A DNA stretch of 64,000 nt, from contig CBDANS010000007.1 in NCBI GenBank assembly GCA_965197745.1, positions 1,600,001 to 1,664,000 of the forward strand. Reading direction: 5' to 3'. The notes below the pieces were generated by a model, which worked only from the letters and a program-made list of their open reading frames with translations, had not been told where the DNA came from and ran no database searches. The position numbers and the translations under genes are program-made. Source of the DNA: Opitutales bacterium (GTDB lineage Bacteria > Verrucomicrobiota > Verrucomicrobiia > Opitutales > PNEW01). Shown piece by piece: positions 30,038 through 40,376 of this stretch (positions are counted from its first letter, which is position 1; the number at the start of each line of letters is the position of its first letter).

Positions 30038-31123
30038 TTACCTCGGGCGCCTGAAATCGGGATTAGGAAATGGCGGAAATGTTTTATGAGGTTCCTGCTG
30101 ATACCAATAAGCAACTGAGGCAATATCGTCGGCAAGGGGCTGAAATTGACGGTTAGGCCACCAACCGAGGGCTTGAATAGTAACGCGTAAGTCTTTTTCG
30201 AAGCAGATAGGATCCATGATATGCCATCGGTAGAGGCTCCACTTCGGAGGACCATTTTCACCGGCATGTTTCAGGGTATTGCCAACATAAGCGGTATTGT
30301 AAAGCTCGGGAAATCCATAGCTGGCGCAAAAATAATCTTCAGTCCCAGTGCCGCAAATGGTCGGAAACTCACTATCCCCATCCATGAAAAATTTAATTTC
30401 ACCTTCTCCGAACCAACCATCCGACAATTGAGTCCAGGCGAGAAAGGTGCCGACATAGCGCCCCCGGCCTTCAACCTCATCAAGGATCAGGTAATCGGGA
30501 TTCGTTCGATCCGTAACGGCGCGCCGCCATTGAGCATGTAAATAACCTGCGTCATCGGGAATAGCGGATTCAGCATAGGTAATCTGATAGGCGAGAAGCT
30601 CCATATCGTTATCTGATTCATTTGAAAATGTGACTCTCGCATGTTTACGAAATGGCATGGGCCAATAACAATTGAGAGCAGATGTGGGATTGACAATGAC
30701 GGCTAAAGAATTCACCGGGGCGATCAAATCGTGACCGACAGAGAAGAAATCCGCGAGCGGAACTTCAATCGACGGCGTTTCTTCATGATCCCAGTAAAAT
30801 CGCAAGACACAGGCTCTGCCTTGCCCTTTCCATTTTCTATCAGAGACAATCCAGATATGCTGAATAACACCGGGCCCATCTACATCCATGAGGGTTACCG
30901 TCTCATGGGCTTTGGGATTTAAGAATGGTCTGACTTTCCAACCCTGCCCCAGATCGAGAGCATGGCTCGAGTGTGGGAGATCAGGATCGTTTGGATCGGG
31001 AATCGCCATCCCTCCGCTACTTTTAGCTCCCGTGGGGTTTTCAGCGGAGATAGACCGCGTCCTCATATCCGACAAAAGTGGCAATGCCCCCAAACCTGGT
31101 ATTAAACCCGAATAGTTATCCAT
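30038..31123 (-). CDS. DUF2961 / GH172 family glycoside hydrolase
   Basis: SISAENPTGAK, GPGVIQHIW, NCYWPMPF, WFGEGEIKFF, GTGTEDYF. Confidence 0.85.
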   Translation of the reverse strand: MDNYSGLIPGLGALPLLSDMRTRSISAENPTGAKSSGGMAIPDPNDPDLPHSSHALDLGQGWKVRPFLNPKAHETVTLMDVDGPGVIQHIWIVSDRKWKGQGRACVLRFYWDHEETPSIEVPLADFFSVGHDLIAPVNSLAVIVNPTSALNCYWPMPFRKHARVTFSNESDNDMELLAYQITYAESAIPDDAGYLHAQWRRAVTDRTNPDYLILDEVEGRGRYVGTFLAWTQLSDGWFGEGEIKFFMDGDSEFPTICGTGTEDYFCASYGFPELYNTAYVGNTLKHAGENGPPKWSLYRWHIMDPICFEKDLRVTIQALGWWPNRQFQPLADDIASVAYWYQQEPHKTFPPFPNPDFRRPR

Positions 31124-31164
31124 ATTTAAATGTAGTTAAAGCTGCATGAGGAGGGTCGAGACTT

Positions 31165-33075
31165 TTAATTTTCGACGGCAGTCAACGCATAATTACGGAT
31201 CATCTTTCTTTTTTGAAAAAAAGATTGCAAGATGCTTTTAGCCAGAGGTCCCGCTGTTTTTCCCCCGGTATAATTATCGTCGGTTTCGGAACCCTGGACG
31301 CAGACGGCAACAGCGATTTGGGGATCGTCAACAGGGGCGAACCCGATAAACCAGGCAACCGAGAGGTTTCTGTTGTCAGCACGAAATTGCGCGGTTCCTG
31401 TTTTGCCCGCAATACGCATTCCGGGAATTCTCACTGATTTTGCTGTTCCTTTTTCTACCGCCAGTTCCATGCCATTAATTATCTTTTGGTATTGGTTATC
31501 ATCGATGACTATTGGCTGACCCGCATGACTGATATCATGACGTGAGCGGCTGGTTTGAAAGAGAAGGGTGGGGCGCGTGCGCGTTTCTTTTCGAGCGAAC
31601 GATGCGGTAAATGCGGCCATCTGTAAAGGGGTGACGCGCAAGTAACCATGGCCGATGGCGACATTAGCGGTTTCACCCGCGGACCAACGACCCAATAGCC
31701 GGTTCTTTTTCCATGCGGGGTCGGGGACAATCATATGTTTTGTCTCGGTATTCAGCTCAATACCCGTAGAGACATCAAAACCAAAATTTTTAGCTTCTTT
31801 ACTGAGGATGTCGATTCCCGCCAATAGACCGACTTTGTAAAAATAAACATTACAACTATATTGAATGGCCGACTCGAGGTTGACTTTGCCATGGCCGTTA
31901 AGTTTGTGACAATGGAATCTTCTATCACCGACAAGGAGTGATCCCGGGCAGATAAAAACCGTGTCAGTATTTATTTTTCCCGTTTTCAGTACAGCGAGAG
32001 CGGTGATTAATTTAAAAGCTGATGCCGGCGGATAAAGTCCCTGTGTGGCCCGATTCATCCAGGCTCCTTTTTCACGAATCTCACGATCAATTTTATAGGA
32101 AATGAAAGGAGACAAATCATTCAAATTAAAGTTCGGTTTACTGGCCAATGCATAGACTTCACCCGTTCTTACATCAATCGCGACAATTGCGCCAATTTTA
32201 GAACCGAGCGCATTCTCAGCAATTACCTGTAAGTCGACATCAATGCTGGTATTTAGATCTTTGCCTCTGATCGGAAGTTTTTGAGAAACAAGTTCATATT
32301 GAAAACCAAAAGGGTCGACGACCCAGATCTCGCTTCCACTGCTGCCCTGAAGTATATTATCAAAACTGTTTTCCAGTCCCGAACGGCCTATTTTTCCTTT
32401 AAAAGTGAAGGTTGTAAGGTCTTTGCCGGGGACGCCCTCTCGAGAAACTTCATAGGTTGAAACGACAAAACCAAGCGTATGCACCGCGGCTGAATTGTAA
32501 GGATAGTAGCGTGCACTGTCGGTATAAATTTGTATGAAGGATTCAACAGGGATATGCTCCGCTATCTTTGCGTATTCCTCGAAAGTGAGATCAGTCGCTA
32601 ATTTATATGGCAAAAGAAGCTTTTGATGGAAATGTCGTTCGATATCATTCCGCTCAATCTTACGCTCAATTTCAAGAATAACATTTATTATTTGCAGGTA
32701 TTTCTCCACGACATTTTTTCTGGCGGTAACCTGAATCTCTAAACTGTCGACATGCTGTTCGGTCTTTCGGTATTGCCTTACGAGCTTTATATATTCTTTA
32801 CGAAATTCAGGGCGAAGCTCGTTCAAATATACAACCGCGGAAAATCTCGGGCGATTGCCTACCATCAGGCGTCCTTCCCGATCATAAATGTTTCCCCGTG
32901 GTCCAGGCAGAAGAATGCGGCGCAAACTCTGTTTTTCCTCCTGTTCTCGATACCTGTGACTCTGGAATAACTGTCGGATCAATAAACCCGAGCCCAGGAC
33001 TAAAAACAACAATACGAATACGATGTAAAACAATCGCAATCGCGGATTAAAATTTCTATGAAATTCAAATTCCAT
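31165..33075 (-). CDS. mrdA: Penicillin-binding protein 2
   Basis: PRGNIYDR, SAFK (SxxK), SCN (SxN), KTGT; downstream of mreBCD. Confidence 0.92.
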   Translation of the reverse strand: MEFEFHRNFNPRLRLFYIVFVLLFLVLGSGLLIRQLFQSHRYREQEEKQSLRRILLPGPRGNIYDREGRLMVGNRPRFSAVVYLNELRPEFRKEYIKLVRQYRKTEQHVDSLEIQVTARKNVVEKYLQIINVILEIERKIERNDIERHFHQKLLLPYKLATDLTFEEYAKIAEHIPVESFIQIYTDSARYYPYNSAAVHTLGFVVSTYEVSREGVPGKDLTTFTFKGKIGRSGLENSFDNILQGSSGSEIWVVDPFGFQYELVSQKLPIRGKDLNTSIDVDLQVIAENALGSKIGAIVAIDVRTGEVYALASKPNFNLNDLSPFISYKIDREIREKGAWMNRATQGLYPPASAFKLITALAVLKTGKINTDTVFICPGSLLVGDRRFHCHKLNGHGKVNLESAIQYSCNVYFYKVGLLAGIDILSKEAKNFGFDVSTGIELNTETKHMIVPDPAWKKNRLLGRWSAGETANVAIGHGYLRVTPLQMAAFTASFARKETRTRPTLLFQTSRSRHDISHAGQPIVIDDNQYQKIINGMELAVEKGTAKSVRIPGMRIAGKTGTAQFRADNRNLSVAWFIGFAPVDDPQIAVAVCVQGSETDDNYTGGKTAGPLAKSILQSFFQKRKMIRNYALTAVEN

Positions 33076-33091
33076 AATTAATTATATCCGA

Positions 33092-33619
33092 TTAATTATT
33101 TCCTGCGTCAACGACGAGGGGTTTACCGGATTTAAGCGCAAATAATTTCTGCATTTCAAGCGTTGCGGGAGCAATTATAAATAAAACCAGTCCGGAAAGA
33201 ACGAGATCTGTTAAGCATCTTGTCCAATAAGGATCTTCAAAAAAGACGCCTCTTCCCATAAGGAGAGTGACCACGAGCATATAAGCGCAGTTAAAATAGA
33301 GAGCGATGAGAACAATATGGTTACGATTTGTGGTCCTCAACCGTGATTCGAACTTTCGTATAAGAATATAGCCAGTGATAAATAATAAGAGCGATGTGCC
33401 ATAAGGTAAAGGGAGCAAGGCATCGAGAAGAAGAGCGATAAATGCGACGAGAAGTAATCCTGGCCAGAAAGCCATGTAAAGCGTGGGAAAAAGTAAATAC
33501 AAACTGACGAGAGTAAGAGAAATAGAAAAACGAGCTAAGGTATTGTTGAGGGAAACGATTACCATATAAAGCAAAAGAGAAAGTAAAAGAATAATCAGAA
33601 TTTGTCTTAACTGATTCAT
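33092..33619 (-). CDS. mreD: Rod shape-determining protein MreD
   Basis: Highly hydrophobic, positioned between mreC and mrdA. Confidence 0.7.
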   Translation of the reverse strand: MNQLRQILIILLLSLLLYMVIVSLNNTLARFSISLTLVSLYLLFPTLYMAFWPGLLLVAFIALLLDALLPLPYGTSLLLFITGYILIRKFESRLRTTNRNHIVLIALYFNCAYMLVVTLLMGRGVFFEDPYWTRCLTDLVLSGLVLFIIAPATLEMQKLFALKSGKPLVVDAGNN

Positions 33620-34461
33620 TGATCGATTATTCCCTCCTCGAAAATGGGATTTAAGACCGTAACTTCCTTTAAGCTGAGGAGGTCTTTGCTTAGGTCTACT
33701 TCACCGACTTGAAATAAACCGTTACTACTAGGCGCAAAGCTTTCTACCCAACCAATGGTAAGACCATCGGGAAAAACGCCACCGAGTCGAGAGGTCGCCA
33801 GACGAAGAGGTGTTGAGGGATTGATTGACACATCGACTTGCACATCTTTGATAATGCCGGAAGGTTCGGCCAATGTATTATTGAGATGGCCGTAAAAGGT
33901 AACCGGTCGCTCGTCCCCATCAAATTGCGCGGCGATACGGAAAGTGCGACTGCTCACTAATTCTACGACTGAGGTAAACTGCCGCACTTCTTTTATACGG
34001 CCGACTACGCCCCCGGAGTAAACGACTGCTGCCCCTTGGATTATATTATAATTCTTCCCTTTGCGAATGAGAACCTGCTGCCACCAGCTGTTTATATCAC
34101 GACGTATAACCCGAGAAACTTCATATCGATATTGGGGCAGCGATGGAAGTTGAAGCAATTTTTCGAGACGCCTCACTTCGGATTCGAGTGAATCGAACTG
34201 TTGCAGTCGCAATTCGTAAGCGGCATTTAAGCGAGCGAGGTCCTGACCGGCTTCGATAAGGTCAATTTTAGAATGACTTCGATTCGACCAGAAATCCTGG
34301 AGGTTGGTAAGGTAGGAAACAGCAGTCCAGGCAGGTGCTTGAAATTCAAAGAAACTGACACGTAATGTGGACTTGATAACAGTGGGAATCAACCACCATA
34401 AAATCAATACGAAGATAAGTATGGCTAGGGGCTTCCCGAGGAAAGTTAGCTTATTAGCCAA
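33616..34461 (-). CDS. mreC: Rod shape-determining protein MreC
   Basis: N-terminal TM, coiled coil, GVVGRI, TSRLGGVFPDGL. Confidence 0.88.
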   Translation of the reverse strand: MANKLTFLGKPLAILIFVLILWWLIPTVIKSTLRVSFFEFQAPAWTAVSYLTNLQDFWSNRSHSKIDLIEAGQDLARLNAAYELRLQQFDSLESEVRRLEKLLQLPSLPQYRYEVSRVIRRDINSWWQQVLIRKGKNYNIIQGAAVVYSGGVVGRIKEVRQFTSVVELVSSRTFRIAAQFDGDERPVTFYGHLNNTLAEPSGIIKDVQVDVSINPSTPLRLATSRLGGVFPDGLTIGWVESFAPSSNGLFQVGEVDLSKDLLSLKEVTVLNPIFEEGIIDQ

Positions 34462-34481
34462 GGGAAGGTTTCCTTTATTGA

Positions 34482-35519
34482 TTAACTGGTTCGGTGCTTA
34501 AGCAACCAGCTTAAATCCTGAAGAACGATGCCCGTTCCGTTCGCCACTGCACTGAGGGGGTCTTCGGCTACAATTACAGGAACTCCGGTTCCATCGCTTA
34601 ATAAACGGTCCAGCCCGCGGATGAGTGAACCACCGCCTCCGAGGATAAAACCGCGATCAACGAGATCTGCGGATAGTTCCGGGGGACATCGTTCCAGAGC
34701 ATTACGCACCAGTTCAGTTATCGAGTTTAAGGTATCGGCCAGCGCTTCACGAATTTCCTGAGATGTAATATGAAGTGTTTTAGGTAAGCCGGCTACAGTG
34801 TCGCGCCCCTTCACTTCAAACGTTAACTCTTCATCCAGGGAGACGGCCGACCCGATACGTATTTTAATTTCTTCGGCGGTACTTTCTCCAATCATAAGGT
34901 TATAAGCTCGCCGCATATAATTAGTAATTGAAAGATCCATTTCGTCGCCACCAACACGAATACTTCGAGTAAAAACAACACCTGAAAGTGAGATTATCGC
35001 GACTTCGGTCGTGCCACCACCAATATCAACAATCATGTTAGCCGTCGGTTCATCGATAGGCAAACCGACACCGATAGCGGCGGCCATGGGTTCTTGTAAG
35101 AGAACAACTCTACTTGCTCCAGCGTGAGTGGCTGATTCGCGAACCGCGCGTCGTTCCACTTCGGTAATACCACTGGGGACTGCTACGACAACTCTTGGCG
35201 GAACAAACTTAAAATTGACGTGCACCTTACTGATGAAGTAACGTAGCATGGCTTCAGTAATTTCAAAATTAGCGATGACACCATCTTTCATCGGGCGGAC
35301 AACCATGATATTTTCCGGAGTTCGCCCCAACATTCTTTTGGCATCGTTACCGACGGCAACAACCTCCCGTGTTTCGGTACGTATAGCAACGACGCTAGGT
35401 TCACGTAAGACGATACCTTTGTCTCTTACGTATACCAGCGTATTCGCTGTGCCTAGGTCTATCCCGATATCATTCGAAAAGAAACCTACAACATTCTTTA
35501 ACGTGTGAGCGTTCAACAT
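34482..35519 (-). CDS. mreB: Rod shape-determining protein MreB
   Basis: GIDLGTANTLVY, PMKDGVIA, DIGGGTTE. Confidence 0.97.
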   Translation of the reverse strand: MLNAHTLKNVVGFFSNDIGIDLGTANTLVYVRDKGIVLREPSVVAIRTETREVVAVGNDAKRMLGRTPENIMVVRPMKDGVIANFEITEAMLRYFISKVHVNFKFVPPRVVVAVPSGITEVERRAVRESATHAGASRVVLLQEPMAAAIGVGLPIDEPTANMIVDIGGGTTEVAIISLSGVVFTRSIRVGGDEMDLSITNYMRRAYNLMIGESTAEEIKIRIGSAVSLDEELTFEVKGRDTVAGLPKTLHITSQEIREALADTLNSITELVRNALERCPPELSADLVDRGFILGGGGSLIRGLDRLLSDGTGVPVIVAEDPLSAVANGTGIVLQDLSWLLKHRTS

Positions 35520-35753
35520 TGACGCTATGTTATTCAGAGGGGTTCTCTATAGGATAAGCAATAATGTCAAAGACATAATTTATTAATTGATAACTTTTTG
35601 TGAACCTTGATTAAATTTATTTACATTATCTACGCTCTTGGCAAGTCGATTCTTTAATTGATGAATTATACAGATTTCTTTTTTATCTTAGAGTGGACAT
35701 ATTTTGGCGTTTTATGATTTTACTTAGTTAAAAAGTTAAGCTCAGAAATTATA

Positions 35754-38105
35754 ATGTCTTTAATTTCCGTAAACACGGTAGCGGCTGTAATATCTAACCA
35801 ATACAGCATTATAAATGATTTGGGCGTGATCCTCGTTGGTATAGCGATCGCGGCTATCCTCTTTCATAAAATCCGGCAACCGGTTATTATTGGTTACGTT
35901 TTAGTCGGTCTGCTCCTGGGGCCGTATTTATTTTCGAATACGATTATTCATAGTTTTGATACGGTGCACGCTCTTGGTGAGCTGGGTATCGTTTTCCTTC
36001 TTTTTAATATTGGTTTAGAATTTGACCTGCGGCGTCTGCAACGTGTTTTAGGGCCGGCGACCCTTGCCATTATTTTACAGACAGCGGGCATGGTGATTCT
36101 CGGCATGCTTATCGCGCCCGTTTTAGGATGGGACACAACGCATGCGGTTTTTTTGGGAAGCCTTCTTGCCATCAGTTCCTCGATGGTCACTTATAAAATA
36201 TTACGCGATCAAGGTCGCATCAAACATCCGCATGCCCAACTGGCGATTGGAATCCTTATTCTCGAAGATCTCCTTGGTGTCGCCATTCTTGTTTTGCTGA
36301 CCGGGGTGGCCGTGACCGGACATTTTGCCTGGGGATCAGTATGGCAAGTAACTTTTTTCGTGGGAGTTTTTGTCGTCGTCGTTTATTTTTCAGGCAAGTT
36401 GATCGCGCCCGCGATTTTAAATTTTATCTACCGTTTTGGCAGCATAGAATTGATTACCCTATTTGCGGTTGGAATGGTTTTTGGAATCAGCGTGCTCGCG
36501 CAGGTTTTTCATTTCTCTGTCGCGCTCGGCGCATTTCTTGCAGGTTCTATATTTTCCCATACTGAGCATGTTGAGGAAATTGAAAATGCGATGCGTCCGA
36601 TGTACGATGTATTTTGCGCGATATTTTTCGTGTCCGTGGGCATGTTAATTAATCCCGTTCTTCTCATTGAAAACGGGGTGTGGATCATTTTTCTTTCGCT
36701 CCTGGTAATCGCCGGTAAAATCATTACTTGCTGGACTGGTTTATTTCTCGCGGGACAGCCATCACGAAGCAGCTTTCGAGCAGCTGTGGCCAAGTGCCAG
36801 ATTGCGGAATTCAGCTTCATCATCGCGGAATTAGGGCAGAGGCTTAATGTTACGGATCAAAACCTTACAACCGGTGCTATCGGTGTGGCTTTAATCACCA
36901 TAACATTAACGCCGCTCCTCAGTAATCACTCGGAGAAGATCTATAAAGCAATGGCCCGCAGATCGCCAGAACCGGTTCGAATTATCGGGCGATTTTATCA
37001 CAATCTGTTGGAGACTATTTTTACGGTAATCGGCCGCAACACCTTACTGCGTCTTATCAAAAGACCTATTCTGCACATATTGGGATACTTTTTTTTATTT
37101 AATGGGGTCGTTTTTATAAGCTATTTCGCGGCACTCTTTGTCGAGAAGCAAGGGCTGGGAGGCTCTTACCATTATTTAATATACAGTGGAATATGGTTAC
37201 TGGCAGCATTGGCGATGCTGCCTCCAATCGTAGCGATTATCCGCAATTCTGATGTTATTGTGATGTTGGTCTCGGAATCGGTTTTAGGATCCGGTGCCAC
37301 GAGCCAAACGTTTAAAGGACGTATGCGTAATATTTTTAACAACCTAATCCTCCTTTTAGTGTTAGTCTACGTGGGGGGTATTTACTTGTCAGCAGCAGCC
37401 AGATATTTCCCCAAGGGCCTGGCGTTGGTTCTTTTTTTTGGATTAATTTTCACGGTCGGATTTATTTTTTGGCGACATATGATTGCCCTTAATTCCCGAA
37501 TTGAAATTCTATTTATGAAAAGCCTTAACCAGCGCTCATACGATATGGATGAAAAACGGCGCTCAACGATAATGAGAGAGATCTCGAGTAAACACTCCTG
37601 GCCCGTTCATTTACAGGAGATGACCGTGAAAAGTGGGACCCTGGCCAATGGTAAACGGATACTTGATTTAAATCTGCGCAGACAAACAGGTTCGACCATT
37701 ATCGCAATGGGTCGAGGCAGCACTCACATCTTTGATCCCAGTCCCGACGCTCCCATTTTTGCCGGTGATCATCTTCTTCTTTTGGGGAGCGAGACGCAAA
37801 CTCAGAAAGCAGTCGATTTTCTTTCAGCAAAATCAAGGGATGAAAAGATTTCACCGCTAGCTTCATTTAAAACCGAACAGGTCTACTTAAATCCGGGATC
37901 AGAACTCGATGGTAACACGCTTGCCGGGGCTGACTTACGCCGTCGCTATGGTATCAATGTTGTCGGTTTACAGAGGGGGACCAAACGCATGACTTCACCG
38001 CCCGCTGATGAAATACTTCGCGCCGGTGATATTCTCCTGGTGGTATGTGAACCTGAAGCTTTAGCAGATTTCCAAAATAAGAGCAACCCGAAGCCCTCCT
38101 CATAG
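35754..38105 (+). CDS. CPA2 cation:proton antiporter with two TrkA-C (RCK_C) domains
   Basis: GIVFLLFNIGLE, ILILED, LGAFLAG, FFVSVGM; C-terminal LRRQTG/LRRRYG repeats. Confidence 0.88.
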   Translation: MSLISVNTVAAVISNQYSIINDLGVILVGIAIAAILFHKIRQPVIIGYVLVGLLLGPYLFSNTIIHSFDTVHALGELGIVFLLFNIGLEFDLRRLQRVLGPATLAIILQTAGMVILGMLIAPVLGWDTTHAVFLGSLLAISSSMVTYKILRDQGRIKHPHAQLAIGILILEDLLGVAILVLLTGVAVTGHFAWGSVWQVTFFVGVFVVVVYFSGKLIAPAILNFIYRFGSIELITLFAVGMVFGISVLAQVFHFSVALGAFLAGSIFSHTEHVEEIENAMRPMYDVFCAIFFVSVGMLINPVLLIENGVWIIFLSLLVIAGKIITCWTGLFLAGQPSRSSFRAAVAKCQIAEFSFIIAELGQRLNVTDQNLTTGAIGVALITITLTPLLSNHSEKIYKAMARRSPEPVRIIGRFYHNLLETIFTVIGRNTLLRLIKRPILHILGYFFLFNGVVFISYFAALFVEKQGLGGSYHYLIYSGIWLLAALAMLPPIVAIIRNSDVIVMLVSESVLGSGATSQTFKGRMRNIFNNLILLLVLVYVGGIYLSAAARYFPKGLALVLFFGLIFTVGFIFWRHMIALNSRIEILFMKSLNQRSYDMDEKRRSTIMREISSKHSWPVHLQEMTVKSGTLANGKRILDLNLRRQTGSTIIAMGRGSTHIFDPSPDAPIFAGDHLLLLGSETQTQKAVDFLSAKSRDEKISPLASFKTEQVYLNPGSELDGNTLAGADLRRRYGINVVGLQRGTKRMTSPPADEILRAGDILLVVCEPEALADFQNKSNPKPSS

Positions 38106-38168
38106 ATTTCACATTGCTTATGAACCCAGTCTTTATTTATTTTTCTGAAGTAGAGTATCAAAAATAAT

Positions 38169-40376
38169 ATGGCCACAGAATCTATATGCGGTGTCTGGAT
38201 AAGTCCAACTGGAGAAGCGCATCTATCCATAGGCGAGGGCAAGAACAAGCGTGAGGAAGTAGTAGAAAAATGGACACCCTTCCTTTGGGCTGATTCATTG
38301 CCGATAGGTGGGAAAGTGAGCGAAGAAAGGTTGAACGGTGATGACCCTTTCAAACACCTCTTGTCTTTCGAGATGATGGAGGATTTGCGCGATGCGACGC
38401 AAAAATCGCAAAGAAATTTCGCGATGGAAATGGTCCGGCCCTATGAGTGTCAATTTCTTCTATACTGTCAGAAACGCCTTTATGCTGAATTAAGTTTCAA
38501 TGATCTTCATCGCTGTCAATGTGACATAGAAACGGCTTGTTCCGTGGAGGGAAGCTTCAGCGATGCAAAGAGGAAGGAGGATCGCGTATTGGCCATAGGG
38601 CTCCATTTTAATGATGAGAGAAAAAGTCATTTATTGACCCTGGAAAATATAAGTGATGAAGCCGAGAGGGAGTTATTGCAGTCATTTAATTCCATCCTTC
38701 TCGAAGAGGACCCTGATGTAATTGAAGGTCATAATATTCACAGTTTTGATTTTCAATACCTTCGCCAGCGCGGGAAACGATTAAAGGTGCCCTGTGCCTG
38801 GGGGCGATTTGGAAAAGAAGCAAACTTTCGCAACAGTCGATTACGCGTAGCCGAACGCTGGGTGGATTTTGCACGTTGCGATATACCGGGGCGGGCGATC
38901 TTCGATTCTTATTTAGCCATTCAATTATTTGATCTGACGACGCGCGATTTAATTTCATACGGGCTCAAGGATGTCGCCATCTATCTTGGAATTACTGGTG
39001 GTGACCGTTCCAGTCGCACCTATATTGCCGGTGATAAAATTCAGCACGCATTTTCCGAAGATCGGGATACCTTTCTCGCGTATCTTGCCGATGATCTAAG
39101 AGAGACAAAAGGGGTTGCTGATATTTTGTTACCTACGTATTTTGCGCAAGCTCGCATATTCCCCATGACTTTACAGGAGATTCTTCTTCGTGGCAGCGCA
39201 TACAAAGTTGACCTCCTCTTGCTTGAAAAATATTACCATGCGCGTCGGAGCCTGCCCGCGATGCCTGAAGTGGGTAGTTTTGAAGGTGGGTATACGCGAA
39301 GTTTTAAAACCGGTATTTTTCATCATGTATTGCATTTTGACGTAGCTTCGCTTTATCCGAGTCTGCTCATAATTATGGAGCGCAATCCGTGTAATGACTC
39401 GCTTGGCATATTTGTTCCGTTGCTCAAAGAATTGAGAGAGTATCGATTGAAATACAAAGTATTGGCGAGAGAAGCTGAAAGTGAAGAACTTCGTAAAGAA
39501 TATTCAGCACGACAAAATAGTTTTAAGATACTTATAAATTCTTTTTATGGTTATCTGGGATTTGGTAATGCGCGATTTGCGGACAGTGAACTCGCGGCCG
39601 AAGTGACCCGTCGCGGTCGAGAGATATTGCAGTCCTTGATTGATGAATTCGGAAAATTGGGTTGTGGGGTATTGGAAGCTGATACGGACGGTATATATCT
39701 CACCTCCGAGGAATATCATAATCATCCGGATCGGTTACTAGAGAAGGTCTACCCTATATTACCGGAAGGACTCGAGTTGGAATATGATGGCCGCTATGAA
39801 GCAATTTTCTGTTACAAATCGAAAAATTACGCATTATATGATGGGACTAAAGTGACAATTAGGGGCTCCGCGCTGCGATCGCGCGGGATTGAACCCTACC
39901 TTAAATTACTCACTGACCAGCTTATTCGCTATCTCCTCGGTGTAGAAAAAGAATCGCCATTAATACGGGCTGAAGGATTACGCGGGGAGATTGAAAGCAG
40001 TCAAATTGACATATCACTTATAGCTAAATCAGAATACCTGAGCCAGCAACCCGAAGCTTACAAAAAGGCGGTGACCCAAAGTAAAAAACCGCGACGGGCC
40101 TCCCTCGAAGTTGCCTTACAAACAGAACCCATTCCTAAAATGGGTGAGCGCGTAACTTATTACATACTTCCAAAAGAAAAGGGAAAGACATCTGATTGGC
40201 AGCGCGCTCGCAATATCGCTGATTTTGATCCCCGGCAATTTCCTTTCGACCCCAGCTATTACACTAAAAAAATTGATGCCTGGATAAAGCGTTATAGTGA
40301 ATTTCTGGAAACAGAACAAGGAGACGATGCGGGAAAAAGCAATGAACAGATATCCTTGTTGCCCATCGATGAATGA
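38169..40376 (+). CDS. Family B DNA polymerase with 3'-5' exonuclease
   Basis: ExoI DIET, ExoII GHNIHSFD, ExoIII YLADD; pol motifs FDVASLYPS, KILINSFYG, ADTDG. Confidence 0.92.
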   Translation: MATESICGVWISPTGEAHLSIGEGKNKREEVVEKWTPFLWADSLPIGGKVSEERLNGDDPFKHLLSFEMMEDLRDATQKSQRNFAMEMVRPYECQFLLYCQKRLYAELSFNDLHRCQCDIETACSVEGSFSDAKRKEDRVLAIGLHFNDERKSHLLTLENISDEAERELLQSFNSILLEEDPDVIEGHNIHSFDFQYLRQRGKRLKVPCAWGRFGKEANFRNSRLRVAERWVDFARCDIPGRAIFDSYLAIQLFDLTTRDLISYGLKDVAIYLGITGGDRSSRTYIAGDKIQHAFSEDRDTFLAYLADDLRETKGVADILLPTYFAQARIFPMTLQEILLRGSAYKVDLLLLEKYYHARRSLPAMPEVGSFEGGYTRSFKTGIFHHVLHFDVASLYPSLLIIMERNPCNDSLGIFVPLLKELREYRLKYKVLAREAESEELRKEYSARQNSFKILINSFYGYLGFGNARFADSELAAEVTRRGREILQSLIDEFGKLGCGVLEADTDGIYLTSEEYHNHPDRLLEKVYPILPEGLELEYDGRYEAIFCYKSKNYALYDGTKVTIRGSALRSRGIEPYLKLLTDQLIRYLLGVEKESPLIRAEGLRGEIESSQIDISLIAKSEYLSQQPEAYKKAVTQSKKPRRASLEVALQTEPIPKMGERVTYYILPKEKGKTSDWQRARNIADFDPRQFPFDPSYYTKKIDAWIKRYSEFLETEQGDDAGKSNEQISLLPIDE

